A stretch of 34,591 bases of DNA from Novosphingobium sp. (GTDB taxonomy: Bacteria > Pseudomonadota > Alphaproteobacteria > Sphingomonadales > Sphingomonadaceae), in contig DATLDS010000216.1 of the NCBI GenBank assembly GCA_035525735.1, positions 1 through 34,591 on the forward strand. The letters are read 5' to 3'. This document shows positions 8,349 to 17,843 of the stretch, piece by piece. How positions within the stretch are numbered: the stretch's first letter is position 1; every line of letters begins with the position of its first letter. Both the position numbers and the translations under genes were made by a program. The notes under the pieces were generated by a model. That model saw only the letters and a program-made list of their open reading frames with translations, was not told the origin of the DNA and did not search any database.

Positions 8349-9544
8349 GCGACGGCTTCGGCGGGCTGATAGCTCGCCGCCCCGGCCGAGAGCTTGTCCA
8401 TGAACTCGTCGATGTGGCTGTCGTCGATCACCAGCGGCGGGATCACCCGCACGGTGTTGTCGCCCGCCGCCACGGTCAGCAGCCCGTGATTGTCGCGCAA
8501 GTGCGCGACGAACGGGCGGCTTTCGACGCGCATCTTGAGCCCGAGCATCAGCCCGCGCCCGCGGACCAGCTCGAACAGCTCGGGATAGTTGCCGATGAAC
8601 TGCTCGAGCCGGGTGCGGATGCGGGTTCCCTTGGCGCGGACCTCGGCGAGGAATGCCTCGTTCGCGACGACGTCGAGCACCGCCTCGCCCGCCGCCATCG
8701 CCAGCGGGTTGCCGCCGTAGGTCGAGCCGTGCGCGCCGATCCCCATGCCGCGCGCCGCCTTCTCGGTGGCGAGGCACGCGCCGAGCGGGAAGCCGCCGGC
8801 GATGCCCTTGGCGGTGGCGAGGATGTCGGGCGCGACGCCGTACTGCTCGTAAGCATAGAACGTCCCCGAGCGTGCGACCCCGCACTGGACCTCGTCGAAC
8901 ACCAGCATCAGGTCGTGTGCGTCGGCGAGCTCGCGCAAGCCCTTGATGAATTCGTCCGAAGCGACGCGGATGCCGCCTTCGCCCTGGATCGGCTCGACCA
9001 GGAAGCCCGCGGTGCGCGGGCCGACCGCCGCCTTGGCGCCTTCGAGATCGTCGAACTCGACGTACTTGAAGCCCTCGAGCAGCGGCAGGAAGCCCTTGTG
9101 CATCTTGTCCTGGTTCGACGCGCTGATCGTCGCCATCGTCCGCCCGTGGAACGCGTTCTTGAAGGTGATCAGCTCATAGCGCTCGGTGTTGCCGGCGTGC
9201 TGATGATACGAGCGCGCGGTCTTGATCGCGCACTCGACCGCTTCGGCGCCCGAGTTGGTGAAGAACACCGTGTCGGCGAAGGTCAGGTCGACCAGCCGTG
9301 CGGCAAGCGCCTCGCCTTGCGGGCTGCCGTAAAGGTTGGAGACGTGCATCAGCGTCTCGGCCTGCTTCTGGATCGCGCCGATCAGCCCGGGATGCGAATG
9401 GCCGAGGATGTTGACCGCGATGCCGCTGGCGAAGTCGAGGAAGCGGCGGCCGTCGTCGGAGATCAGGTGGCAGTGCTCGCCGCGCACCGGGCGCACCTCG
9501 CACCGGGGATAGACGGGCATCAGCGGGGTGATCGGCATGGGCAT
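8345..9544 (-). CDS. argD: Acetylornithine aminotransferase (class III PLP)
   Basis: [48 protein letters not shown]; adjacent to argF. Confidence 0.93.
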   Translation of the reverse strand: MPMPITPLMPVYPRCEVRPVRGEHCHLISDDGRRFLDFASGIAVNILGHSHPGLIGAIQKQAETLMHVSNLYGSPQGEALAARLVDLTFADTVFFTNSGAEAVECAIKTARSYHQHAGNTERYELITFKNAFHGRTMATISASNQDKMHKGFLPLLEGFKYVEFDDLEGAKAAVGPRTAGFLVEPIQGEGGIRVASDEFIKGLRELADAHDLMLVFDEVQCGVARSGTFYAYEQYGVAPDILATAKGIAGGFPLGACLATEKAARGMGIGAHGSTYGGNPLAMAAGEAVLDVVANEAFLAEVRAKGTRIRTRLEQFIGNYPELFELVRGRGLMLGLKMRVESRPFVAHLRDNHGLLTVAAGDNTVRVIPPLVIDDSHIDEFMDKLSAGAASYQPAEAVA

Positions 9545-9593
9545 GTCCTGACTTCTGTTTTCGTCAGCTCGAAGGCTGTGTAGCGGAAACGAC

Positions 9594-9628
9594 AAAATGG
9601 CGGCTCCCGGAAATCCCGGAGCCGCCAT
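9594..9628 (-). terminator. Rho-independent terminator downstream of the cold-shock gene
   Basis: 11-bp inverted repeat ATGGCGGCTCC...GGAGCCGCCAT, followed by a T-run on the minus strand. Confidence 0.8.
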
Positions 9629-9701
9629 CTGCACGCTTTTAGGTTTCGCCCGGACCTGGTGTAACCAAGGCCAGCCCCTGAATGGGGAAAGCGATCGACA
9701 A

Positions 9702-10460
9702 TCAGCCCTGGATCGGCACCAGGTTGACCGCCGAGTACTTGCCTCGTCGATCGACCTCGAGGTCGAACTCGACCTTGTCGCCCTCGTTGAGCTCGCGCAT
9801 TCCCGAACGCTCCACCGCGCTGATGTGCACGAACGCGTCGGGCTGGCCGTCGTCGCGGGTGATGAAGCCGAAGCCCTTCATCGAATTGAAGAACTTGACC
9901 GTCCCGCTCGCCTTCTCGCCGGTCAGCTGGCGCTGCGGCGCGGATTCGGTCCGCTCGGCCACGGGGATCACGTCCCCGACGACCTGGAGGTCGCTCGCCG
10001 AGATCTTGCCGCCGCGGTCGACCAGGTTGAACTCGAGTTCCTGGTTCTCGGCGAGGCCGGCAAGGCCCGCGCGCTCGACCGAGCTGATGTGGACGAACAC
10101 GTCCTCGCCGCCGTCGTCGCGGCTGATGAAGCCGAAACCCTTCTGAGTGTTGAAGAACTTGACCTTGCCCTTGCCGGTGCCGACGACTTGCGCGGGCATC
10201 CCGCCGCCGCGCGGACCACCGCCGCCGCCGCCGAAGCCGCCGCGGTTGCCGCCGCCGTAGCCGCCACCACCACCGCCGCCGGCGAAGCGATCACCGCCGC
10301 CGCCATAGCCGCCGCCGCGATCACCGCCGCCGAAGCCGCCGCGGTCGCCGCCGCCGAAGCCGCCGCGGTCGCCACCGCCACCATAAGGATCAAACGATTC
10401 TTCGCCGAAACCGTCGCGCTTGTCGCGGCCCTTGCCGCGACGCCCTCTATCGAAACTCAT
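9702..10460 (-). CDS. Cold-shock protein with Gly/Arg-rich N-terminus and two tandem CSD domains
   Basis: Two copies of G.VKFFN..KGFGFI.RDDG..D.FVHIS.VER.G. Confidence 0.95.
   Translation of the reverse strand: MSFDRGRRGKGRDKRDGFGEESFDPYGGGGDRGGFGGGDRGGFGGGDRGGGYGGGGDRFAGGGGGGGYGGGNRGGFGGGGGGPRGGGMPAQVVGTGKGKVKFFNTQKGFGFISRDDGGEDVFVHISSVERAGLAGLAENQELEFNLVDRGGKISASDLQVVGDVIPVAERTESAPQRQLTGEKASGTVKFFNSMKGFGFITRDDGQPDAFVHISAVERSGMRELNEGDKVEFDLEVDRRGKYSAVNLVPIQG
10225..10371 (-). repeat. 24-bp coding repeats (DRGGFGGG) in the cold-shock gene
   Basis: CCGCCGCCGAAGCCGCCGCGGTCG exact at 10324-10347 and 10348-10371; one-mismatch copy at 10225-10248. Confidence 0.85.
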
Positions 10461-10725
10461 CTGCCCGCATGCACCTTGTCATCGCCCTCGAACCAAACGG
10501 CCCGGCGGGAACGGACGAATGCTTCCCACCGCGCGACAAGCAACCGGCGCCTCGAATGCGGCTTGGCCTCTCCTTCGCGCGGCGGCTTATAACGGCGATT
10601 CGGACGCTAGGCGAACGGAATCACGCCGCCCAGCCGCGGCGCGAGGCGGTGTGACATTTCTGCCGATGGGCGCTCGAAGCCGGCCATCTTGCCAGCCCGC
10701 CCCGGGTTGGGGCATGGCTCGCGCG

Positions 10726-11523
10726 ATGGACATCCTCGCGCTGCTTTCCGATCCGGCGACCTGGGCCGCGCTGGTCACGCTCGTCATTCTCGAGATCGTG
10801 CTCGGGATCGACAACCTCGTGTTCATCGCGATCCTGTCGAACAAGCTGCCCGCCGAACAGCAGCAGCGCGCGCGGCGGATCGGGCTGACGCTGGCGCTGG
10901 TGATGCGGATCGGGCTGCTGCTGGTGATCGGCTGGATCGTCACGCTCCAGACGCCGCTGTTCGACCTCGGCTGGCAAGGCGGGCCCGGCCCGCACGGCGA
11001 GGCGACGTTCGAGACCGCGTTCTCGGGCCGCGACCTGATCCTGATCGCGGGCGGGCTGTTCCTGCTGTGGAAGGCGACCAAGGAAATCCATCACAACCTC
11101 GACCCCGAGGAATCGGGCGAGCTGCTCGACCAGGACAAGGGCGTCGCGCAGATCGCGTTCGGCGCCGCGATCGCGCAGATCATCGCGCTCGACATCGTGT
11201 TCTCGATCGATTCGATCTTGACCGCGGTGGGGATGACCGACGACGTGCCGATCATGATCGCGGCGGTGGTGATCACCGTCGGGCTGATGCTGGTCGCGTC
11301 CGACCCGCTGGCGCGGTTCATCGAGAAGAACCCGACGCTGGTGATGCTCGCGCTGGCGTTTCTGGTGATGATCGGGCTGGTGCTGATCGCCGACGGTTTC
11401 GGCTTCCACGTTCCCAAGGGCTACATCTACGCGGCGATGGCGTTCTCGGGCGCGGTCGAGGGTCTCAACATCATCGGCCGCAACCGCCGCACCAGGCGGC
11501 GCGAGGAAGCGCGGACGAAGTAA
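10726..11523 (+). CDS. TerC family integral membrane protein
   Basis: [55 protein letters not shown]. Confidence 0.93.
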   Translation: MDILALLSDPATWAALVTLVILEIVLGIDNLVFIAILSNKLPAEQQQRARRIGLTLALVMRIGLLLVIGWIVTLQTPLFDLGWQGGPGPHGEATFETAFSGRDLILIAGGLFLLWKATKEIHHNLDPEESGELLDQDKGVAQIAFGAAIAQIIALDIVFSIDSILTAVGMTDDVPIMIAAVVITVGLMLVASDPLARFIEKNPTLVMLALAFLVMIGLVLIADGFGFHVPKGYIYAAMAFSGAVEGLNIIGRNRRTRRREEARTK

Positions 11524-11951
11524 TGTTCCGCAAGCTCACCGAGACGCTCTACGCCAGCCCGCAGATCGGTCTGGGCGAAGTGGAGGAGGCGAAGGCGCTG
11601 GGCGTCGGCCTGATCGTCAACAACAGGCCCGAAGGCGAGTCCGACGATCAGGTTCCCGGCGCCGATATCGAGCGCGCGGCGAAGCGGGCGGGGGTCGACT
11701 ACGTCGCGATTCCGGTGACTCATTCCGGCTTCAGCCACCCGCAGCTCGACGCGCTCAATCAGGCCTTGGATCGCGTGGGCGACGCCAAGGTGCTCGCCTA
11801 CTGCCGGTCGGGCACGCGCTCGACGCTGCTGTGGGCGCTGGCGCGCGCCAAGGCCGGCGAAAGCCCCGACGCGCTCGCCGCCGCGGCGGCGCAGGCCGGC
11901 TACGATTGCGCGCCGGTGCGCGCGATGATGGACGCGCTCGCGGCGAAATGA
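11523..11951 (+). CDS. TIGR01244/DUF442 family sulfurtransferase (phosphatase-like fold)
   Basis: SPQI, IVNNRPEGE..Q, VLAYCRSGTRS; ATG overlaps the terC stop (TAATG). Confidence 0.9.
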   Translation: MFRKLTETLYASPQIGLGEVEEAKALGVGLIVNNRPEGESDDQVPGADIERAAKRAGVDYVAIPVTHSGFSHPQLDALNQALDRVGDAKVLAYCRSGTRSTLLWALARAKAGESPDALAAAAAQAGYDCAPVRAMMDALAAK

Positions 11952-12313
11952 ACTGGGCGCTCGCCGCCGGATCGCTCGCCGCGGTGCTCGCCACCGCGGG
12001 GATCGTCGCGTGGCTCGGGCTCGGCCGCGGCGCGCGGATCGGCGAGGACCAGGCGGCGCGGCTGGCCGAGGACCTGCTGATCGATTTTCACAGCCGCGAG
12101 GCGATCGTCGACCGCGACGGGCGCAGCGCGCTGGTTCGCGGCGAGGACGGCAGCTTCGCGCTGTTGCGCCTCCACGGCGCGCACCCGGTGGCGCGCCGAC
12201 TGAGCGCGCCGCTCAGCATCGAGCGTGACGGCGACGCGTTCCGGATCGACGCGGGCGAGCGCCGCTTCGGCAGCACCGCGATCCGCAATGACAAATTGCT
12301 GACACTGCTGTAA
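11948..12313 (+). CDS. Hypothetical membrane-anchored protein
   Basis: ATGA overlap with the upstream gene; N-terminal hydrophobic helix; fills the gap in the operon. Confidence 0.7.
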   Translation: MNWALAAGSLAAVLATAGIVAWLGLGRGARIGEDQAARLAEDLLIDFHSREAIVDRDGRSALVRGEDGSFALLRLHGAHPVARRLSAPLSIERDGDAFRIDAGERRFGSTAIRNDKLLTLL

Positions 12314-12324
12314 GCGGCGAGGCG

Positions 12325-13263
12325 ATGCCCGATTTGCCCAATCCGGTCGATCTCGCGGTCCCCGCGTTCGTGCTGCTGATGCTCGCCGAGATCGTCGTGG
12401 TGCGCGTGCGCGCGCTGAGCGGTGCGGCGGGCTACGAGCCCCGCGACACGCTCGCCTCGCTCCTCTTGGGCTTCGGCAGCACGGTCGCGGGCGCGCTGTT
12501 CGGCGGGCTGGCGGTCGCCGCGCTGATCTGGGCGTATCAGTTCCGGCTGTTCGAGATCGGCTACGCCGGGTGGGCGTGGATCGCCGCGTTCGTGCTCGAC
12601 GACCTCGCCTATTACGGCGTCCACCGCGCCGGGCACCGCATCCGCTGGTTCTGGGCGGCGCACGTGATCCACCACTCGAGCCAGCACTACAACCTGTCGA
12701 CCGCGCTGCGCCAGACCTGGACCGGGGCGTTCACGCTCGGCCTCGTGTTCAAGCTGCCGCTGGTGCTGCTCGGCTTCCCGGTGCCGATGCTGCTGTTCGT
12801 CGGCGGGATCAACCTGATCTACCAGTTCTGGATCCACACCGAGCTGATTCAGCGGATGCCGGGCTGGTTCGAGGCGGTGATGAACACCCCCTCGCATCAC
12901 CGCGTCCACCACGCCACCAACCCCGGCTACCTCGACGCCAACTATGCCGGCGTGTTCATCGTCTGGGACAAGCTGTTCGGCTCGTTTGTGCCCGAGAAGC
13001 GTGCCGGCGAGCCCGGGTTCGAGCCGATCCGCTATGGCCTCGTGCGCCAGCTCGGCAGCTTCAACGTGCTGTGGGCCGCGTTCCACGAATGGATCGGGAT
13101 CGGGCGCGACGTGTGGGCCGCGCCGTGGCGCGCCAAGCTCGGCTACCTGCTGCGCGAGCCCGGCTGGAGCCACGACGCCAGCCGCGACACCTCGGCGACG
13201 ATCAAGGCCAAGTGGGCGGCGCGCGCGAGCTATCGCGCCGAGCCCGAAGCGCTTCCCGCCTAG
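12325..13263 (+). CDS. Sterol desaturase / fatty-acid hydroxylase family protein
   Basis: His boxes HRAGH, HVIHHS, QFWIHT, HHRVHH; NYAG.FIVWDKLFG. Confidence 0.93.
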   Translation: MPDLPNPVDLAVPAFVLLMLAEIVVVRVRALSGAAGYEPRDTLASLLLGFGSTVAGALFGGLAVAALIWAYQFRLFEIGYAGWAWIAAFVLDDLAYYGVHRAGHRIRWFWAAHVIHHSSQHYNLSTALRQTWTGAFTLGLVFKLPLVLLGFPVPMLLFVGGINLIYQFWIHTELIQRMPGWFEAVMNTPSHHRVHHATNPGYLDANYAGVFIVWDKLFGSFVPEKRAGEPGFEPIRYGLVRQLGSFNVLWAAFHEWIGIGRDVWAAPWRAKLGYLLREPGWSHDASRDTSATIKAKWAARASYRAEPEALPA

Positions 13264-15656
13264 AAGGTCTTGCGCCCGGTGATCCCGATCGTGCGCGGCT
13301 GGCCGACCGAGAAGCCGAGCCGGGCGCGCCCGCCGCGCTCGCGGTCGAACGACAGGATCGGGTTCTCGTCGAACAGGTTGTTGACGTAGAGCGTGAACGA
13401 ATAGCCTTCGTCGAGCTTCACTCCCGCGCTCAGGTTGACCAGCTGGTAATCGGGCAGCTTGAGGTCGACCGTCGTCGCCGCGCTCGCCGGGGCGCCGCCG
13501 AACGGCAGGTTGTGCACGAAAGTGCGCGGATTGCTTTCCTGGTCGGCGGGCTGGGTATAGCGCGTGCCGACGTGCTGGAACGAGGCGTTGACGAACGCGT
13601 CGGTGCTGTCCGACAGCGCCCATTCGTAGCTGCCCGTCACCGCGATCTGGAACTTGGGAACCGAGGGCAGGCGGTTGCCGTCGCGGATGCCGGTGGCGAC
13701 GGGAAGCACCGTGCCGGGCAGCGTGGTGTCGAACTCGGCCTCGATCAGGCTGCCGGCGATCGACAAGTCGAAGCCGTCGGCCGGCTGGAAGCCGACTTCC
13801 GCCTCGAACCCCATCGAGTGCGCCTCGTCGACGTTGAAGACGATCCGGCTCGAGCAGCTGCCCGCGTCGAGCGTGACCTGGAGGTCGGAGATGTCGTTGT
13901 AGAAGCCCGCGGCGTTGAAGGTGAAGCGGCGTCCTTGCGCCTTGATCCCCGCCTCGTAATTCCACAGGGTCTCGTCGTCGTAGTCCTGGAAGCCGCCGAA
14001 CAGCGCGGCGTCGGCCGGGGTGCAAAGCGGCAGGTTGAGCGGGTCGTTGACCCCGCCGAGGCGGAAGCCCTTGGCCGCCTGGGCGTTGAGCGTGACGTTG
14101 TCGTCGATCTCGTAGCTCAGGATGAAACGCGGCGAGACCCCGTTCGAGCTGGTCTTGTCGGCGCGCGTGTCACCGTTCGAGAACAGCCCGCCCGAAATGA
14201 ACTGACGCTCTTCCTTGAAGTCGTAATAGCGCGCGCCCGCGGTCGCCTTGAACCGGCCGAACTCGAAGCTGCCCTCGCCGAACACCGCGTACTGGCGGAT
14301 GTCGTAAGGCAGGTCGGCGTTGTACGGTGAATTGAGGTTGGGAAAGCCGTTGGCGACCGCGGCCGACGTCCCCGCGCCGAACCGCGCGTCGGTGAAGCCC
14401 TGGTAGCCGGGGGTCGGCAGGCGCTGGCGATAGAACCGGTCGATGTCCGAATAGAACCCGCCGAGCACCCACTGGAATGGCCCGTCGCCGTTCGAGGCGA
14501 GGCGCAGTTCCTGCGTCCAGGTCTCGAGGTCGGTGGTGTCGCGCAAGTTCGACGGCAGCAGCACCCCCGCGGTCGGGAAGCCGAGGTCGACCGAGACCGA
14601 GCCGGTCAGCGCGCTGGCGTCGCGGCTGACCAGGATGTCGCGGTTGATGTAGCTGGTGACCGAGGTCAGCGTCACCGCCTCGCCGATGTCGAGCGCGACG
14701 TTGAGGTCGGCGAGCAACGTCTCGTCGGTGAACTTCTCGCGCAGCAGCAGGTATTGCTCGCGCTCGTCGAAAGTCACGCGCGGGCGCATGGTGGTGAAGT
14801 TGTTGGCGTAAAGGTTGTAGATCTCCTGGCGGTTGAAGCCGTCGCTCTCGACCTTCTGGAACACCACGCGGGGGGTGATCCTGAGGCCCGGCGAAGGCTC
14901 GAACAGCACCGCCACGCGCCCGCCATAGCGCTTGCCGTCGTTGACGTCGTCGCCGCCCGCGGGCCCGAGCGCGTCGATGAACCCGCCGTAGCGGGTGTAA
15001 TAGGCGACCGCGCGCACCGCCGCGTTCTCGCCCAGCGGGGCGTTGATTGCGCCCTTGAGGTGGCTGCCGAAATCGTCCTCGTCGACGACGTTGACGTTGG
15101 CCTCGAACGCGCCCTCGGTTCGCCCCAGCCGCGGCTGGTTGGTGATGTAGCGGATCGTCCCGCCGACCGAGCCCGAGCCGAACAGCGTGCCCTGCGGCCC
15201 GCGCAGCGTCTCCACCCGGTTGAGGTCGAACAAGTCGAGGTCGGGGGTGAACAGCGACAGCGAGATCACGCTCTCGTCGAGATAGACCCCGACCTGCTCC
15301 TTGACGCCGGGCTGGTCGCGCACGACTTGGCCGGCCGAGACCCCGCGCACCGAGACCTGGCTCTGGCCGGGCCCGAGGTTCTGCACCGAAAGGCCTGCGA
15401 CGTTGCGCGCGACGTCCTCGAGCGTGGTCGAGCCCGAGCGCTGGATGTCCGCCGCGGTCTGCGCGTTGATCGAGAACGGCACGTCCTGGATCGTCTGGTC
15501 GCGCTTGGTCGCGGTGACGATGATCGTGTTGCCGGTGGCCTCGTCGTCCTCGACGGGCGTGTCTTGCGCGAGCGCGGGCGACGCGGTCAGTGCGGCGAGC
15601 GCGGCGCCGGCGAGCAGCAAGCGGCGGATGTGCGAAGTCGTGGCCGAATTGGGCAT
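13260..15656 (-). CDS. TonB-dependent receptor
   Basis: Signal peptide, IIVTATKR TonB-box region, RVETLRGPQGTLFG, NNLFDE, terminal Phe. Confidence 0.95.
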   Translation of the reverse strand: MPNSATTSHIRRLLLAGAALAALTASPALAQDTPVEDDEATGNTIIVTATKRDQTIQDVPFSINAQTAADIQRSGSTTLEDVARNVAGLSVQNLGPGQSQVSVRGVSAGQVVRDQPGVKEQVGVYLDESVISLSLFTPDLDLFDLNRVETLRGPQGTLFGSGSVGGTIRYITNQPRLGRTEGAFEANVNVVDEDDFGSHLKGAINAPLGENAAVRAVAYYTRYGGFIDALGPAGGDDVNDGKRYGGRVAVLFEPSPGLRITPRVVFQKVESDGFNRQEIYNLYANNFTTMRPRVTFDEREQYLLLREKFTDETLLADLNVALDIGEAVTLTSVTSYINRDILVSRDASALTGSVSVDLGFPTAGVLLPSNLRDTTDLETWTQELRLASNGDGPFQWVLGGFYSDIDRFYRQRLPTPGYQGFTDARFGAGTSAAVANGFPNLNSPYNADLPYDIRQYAVFGEGSFEFGRFKATAGARYYDFKEERQFISGGLFSNGDTRADKTSSNGVSPRFILSYEIDDNVTLNAQAAKGFRLGGVNDPLNLPLCTPADAALFGGFQDYDDETLWNYEAGIKAQGRRFTFNAAGFYNDISDLQVTLDAGSCSSRIVFNVDEAHSMGFEAEVGFQPADGFDLSIAGSLIEAEFDTTLPGTVLPVATGIRDGNRLPSVPKFQIAVTGSYEWALSDSTDAFVNASFQHVGTRYTQPADQESNPRTFVHNLPFGGAPASAATTVDLKLPDYQLVNLSAGVKLDEGYSFTLYVNNLFDENPILSFDRERGGRARLGFSVGQPRTIGITGRKTF

Positions 15657-15788
15657 CACGGTCCCCCCTCTTATGGTCTCGTTGCGCGTCCCGTCGGCAC
15701 CGAAATACGCCAAAGTGCGTATGTCGCTCAAGCCGGGGCGGGCGAAATCGCCAAAGCCGTGGCTTTTGCGCACCAGCGGCTTCGACGG

Positions 15789-15820
15789 AAAAAAGGGGCC
15801 GGAGCACAAGGCTCCGGCCC
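15789..15820 (-). terminator. Rho-independent terminator downstream of amtB
   Basis: GGGCCGGAGC-CTTGT-GCTCCGGCCC followed by CTTTTTT on the minus strand. Confidence 0.88.
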
Positions 15821-15878
15821 GTCAGTCTGTTCGCAGGAGGAACATCGTTCGGCGAAAGCGGAAGCCTTTCGCCAAGCT
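15789..15878 (-). ncRNA. Candidate 3'-UTR small RNA with an anti-Shine-Dalgarno loop
   Basis: Three consecutive hairpins on the minus strand; the middle one is TGTTC-CTCCTGC-GAACA, exposing CCUCCU. Confidence 0.4.
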
Positions 15879-15887
15879 CTTGAAACT

Positions 15888-17297
15888 TCAATAGTTGTAA
15901 GCGCGCTCTCCGTGGCTCGCGAGGTCGAGGCCCTCGCGCTCGGCTTCCTCGGCCGGGCGCAGCCCGAACGCCTTGTCGATGACGAAGAACAGCACCGCCG
16001 AGCCGATCCCCGACCATGCCAGGGTGAGCAGCACCGCCTTGGCCTGGGTCAGCAACTGGCCCGCCATGTCGTATTCGCCGGCGACCGCGGGGAACACGGT
16101 GTAGTCGATCCAGCCCTGCCCGCCGAGCGCGGGGTCGGCGACGATCCCGGTGGCCAGCGCGCCGACGATCCCGCCGATGCAGTGGACCCCGAACACGTCG
16201 AGCGTATCGTCGTAGCGCAGCCGGTTCTTCACCGTGCTGACGAACAGGTAGCACACCGGCGAAACCACCAGGCCGAGCACGATCGAGGTCATCGGCGCGG
16301 CGAAGCCCGACGCCGGGGTGATCGCGACGAGCCCCGCCACCGCGCCGGTCGCCGCGCCGAGCAGCGAGGGCCGGCCGTGCTGGACCTGTTCGACGATCGC
16401 CCAGCTCACCGCCGCCGCGGCGGTCGCGACGAAAGTGTTGATGAACGCCACCGCGGTCACCCCGTTGGCTTCGAGGTTCGAGCCCGCGTTGAAGCCGAAC
16501 CAGCCGACCCACAGCAGCGAGGCGCCGATCATCGTCATCGTCAGGCTGTGCGGCGGGGTCGCCTCGCGGCCGAAGCCGACGCGCTTGCCGATCATCAGGC
16601 AGCCGACCAGCCCGGCGATTCCGGCGTTGATGTGGACCACTGTGCCGCCCGCGAAATCGAGCGCGCCCATCCCCCACAGCAGGCCGTAATCGGTCGGCGC
16701 GTCGGGCAGGAAGTCGGGCCCGGCCCAGTACCAGACCATGTGCGCGATCGGGAAATAGACCAGCGTCAGCCAGCCGACCACGAACACCATCAAAGGCGTG
16801 AATTTCACCCGCTCGGCGAACGCCCCGACGATCAGCGCCGGGGTGATGCACGCGAACGTCATCTGGAACACGACGAAGGCGTATTCGGGCAGGTAGACGT
16901 TGTTGCTGAAGGTCGCGGCGTACGTGCTCGCCGAAACGCCGGCGAGGAACGCCTTGGACAAGCCGCCGACGTACGGCGTCGAGCCGCCGGTGAAGGCCAT
17001 CGTATAGCCCCAGCAGACCCACACCAGCGCCGCCACCGAGACGATCATGAACACCTGCATCAGCACGCTGAGCATGTTCTTGGTGCGCACCAGCCCGCCG
17101 TAGAACAGCGCCAGCGCGGGCACGCTCATCATCAGCACGAGCGCCGACGAGACGAGCATCCAGGCGGTGTCGCCCTTGTCGACCATGCTGGCCATGGCCT
17201 CGACGGCGGGGGCCTTGACCGGTCCCGCGCTGTCTTGCGCGTAAGCGGGGACGGCGGCGAGCAAGCCGGCCGCGCCGCAAGCGAATTTGCGAAGCAT
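15888..17297 (-). CDS. amtB: Ammonium transporter
   Basis: DTAWML.S.ALVLMM, FQMTFA.ITPAL, DFAGGTVVH, WVGWFGFNAGS, DD.LDVFGVH, HGERAY. Confidence 0.97.
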   Translation of the reverse strand: MLRKFACGAAGLLAAVPAYAQDSAGPVKAPAVEAMASMVDKGDTAWMLVSSALVLMMSVPALALFYGGLVRTKNMLSVLMQVFMIVSVAALVWVCWGYTMAFTGGSTPYVGGLSKAFLAGVSASTYAATFSNNVYLPEYAFVVFQMTFACITPALIVGAFAERVKFTPLMVFVVGWLTLVYFPIAHMVWYWAGPDFLPDAPTDYGLLWGMGALDFAGGTVVHINAGIAGLVGCLMIGKRVGFGREATPPHSLTMTMIGASLLWVGWFGFNAGSNLEANGVTAVAFINTFVATAAAAVSWAIVEQVQHGRPSLLGAATGAVAGLVAITPASGFAAPMTSIVLGLVVSPVCYLFVSTVKNRLRYDDTLDVFGVHCIGGIVGALATGIVADPALGGQGWIDYTVFPAVAGEYDMAGQLLTQAKAVLLTLAWSGIGSAVLFFVIDKAFGLRPAEEAEREGLDLASHGERAYNY

Positions 17298-17356
17298 TGC
17301 GATACCCCCCTTTTTGTTGGGCGCCGTGTTGTTGGACGCGCTCGGCGTTTTGCAGG

Positions 17357-17695
17357 TCATAGGGCGTTGTCGCCGGTCTCGGCGGTGCGGATGCGCGTCG
17401 CCGACGCGAGGTCGAGCACGAACACCTTGCCGTCGCCGATCGCGTCGGTGCTGGCGACCTGCTGGATCGTCTCGACGATCTGCGGCGCGAGCGCATCGGC
17501 CGCGGCGATCTCGATCTTCACCTTGGGCAGCATCTGGGTCGAGTATTCGGCGCCGCGGTAAATCTCGGTCTGGCCCTTCTGGCGGCCGAACCCCTTGACC
17601 TCGGTGACCGTCATCCCGGCGACGCCGAGGGCGGACAGCGCCTCGCGCACTTCGTCGAGCTTGAACGGCTTGATGATCGCGACGATGAATTTCAT
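17357..17695 (-). CDS. glnK: PII nitrogen regulatory protein
   Basis: IIKPFKLDEVREAL, GFGRQKG.TEIYRGAEY, IGDGKVFV; directly upstream of amtB. Confidence 0.95.
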   Translation of the reverse strand: MKFIVAIIKPFKLDEVREALSALGVAGMTVTEVKGFGRQKGQTEIYRGAEYSTQMLPKVKIEIAAADALAPQIVETIQQVASTDAIGDGKVFVLDLASATRIRTAETGDNAL

Positions 17696-17738
17696 GAAGG
17701 CCCCTCGCGCGCCGGGCCCGTCCCGGCTTCGCAAGTGC

Positions 17739-17755
17739 AGCAAGAGCCGTGCCAA
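17739..17755 (-). promoter_or_regulatory. Sigma54 (-24/-12) promoter of glnK-amtB
   Basis: Minus strand TTGGCACGGCTCTTGCT = TGGCAC-N5-TTGC consensus, ~45 nt upstream of the glnK start. Confidence 0.9.
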
Positions 17756-17804
17756 ACGCGAATAGGCGCTTTGCCGAGGTTCCTTGTGCAGTGCAGCAGG
17801 ATCC

Positions 17805-17843
17805 TGCCCGTTTTACGGGCAAGCGCTGCCTAAAGCGTGAGCC
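17805..17843. promoter_or_regulatory. Putative tandem NtrC-binding sites
   Basis: TGCCC-N7-GGGCA palindrome (17805-17821) and a weaker TGCCT-N7-GAGCC 22 bp away (17827-17843), upstream of the sigma54 promoter. Confidence 0.6.

Noticed and set aside
7422..8885. N-terminally extended ArgF (487 aa), and similar extensions for TIGR01244, EEP, PNPOx-like and PheT ORFs
   Set aside because: The extensions are off-frame overlaps with upstream genes; real starts coincide with family N-termini and stop/start overlaps.
10225..10371. Short direct repeats as a CRISPR array
   Set aside because: In-frame coding Gly-rich repeats without unique spacers; no cas genes.
10461..10725. yybP-ykoY Mn riboswitch upstream of terC
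   Set aside because: Could not identify the conserved motif by eye; an Rfam scan would be needed.
14170..17561. Very long alternative-frame ORFs (1108 aa minus, 935 aa plus)
   Set aside because: Stop-poor frames expected in high-GC coding DNA; they overlap the well-supported TBDR, amtB and glnK genes.
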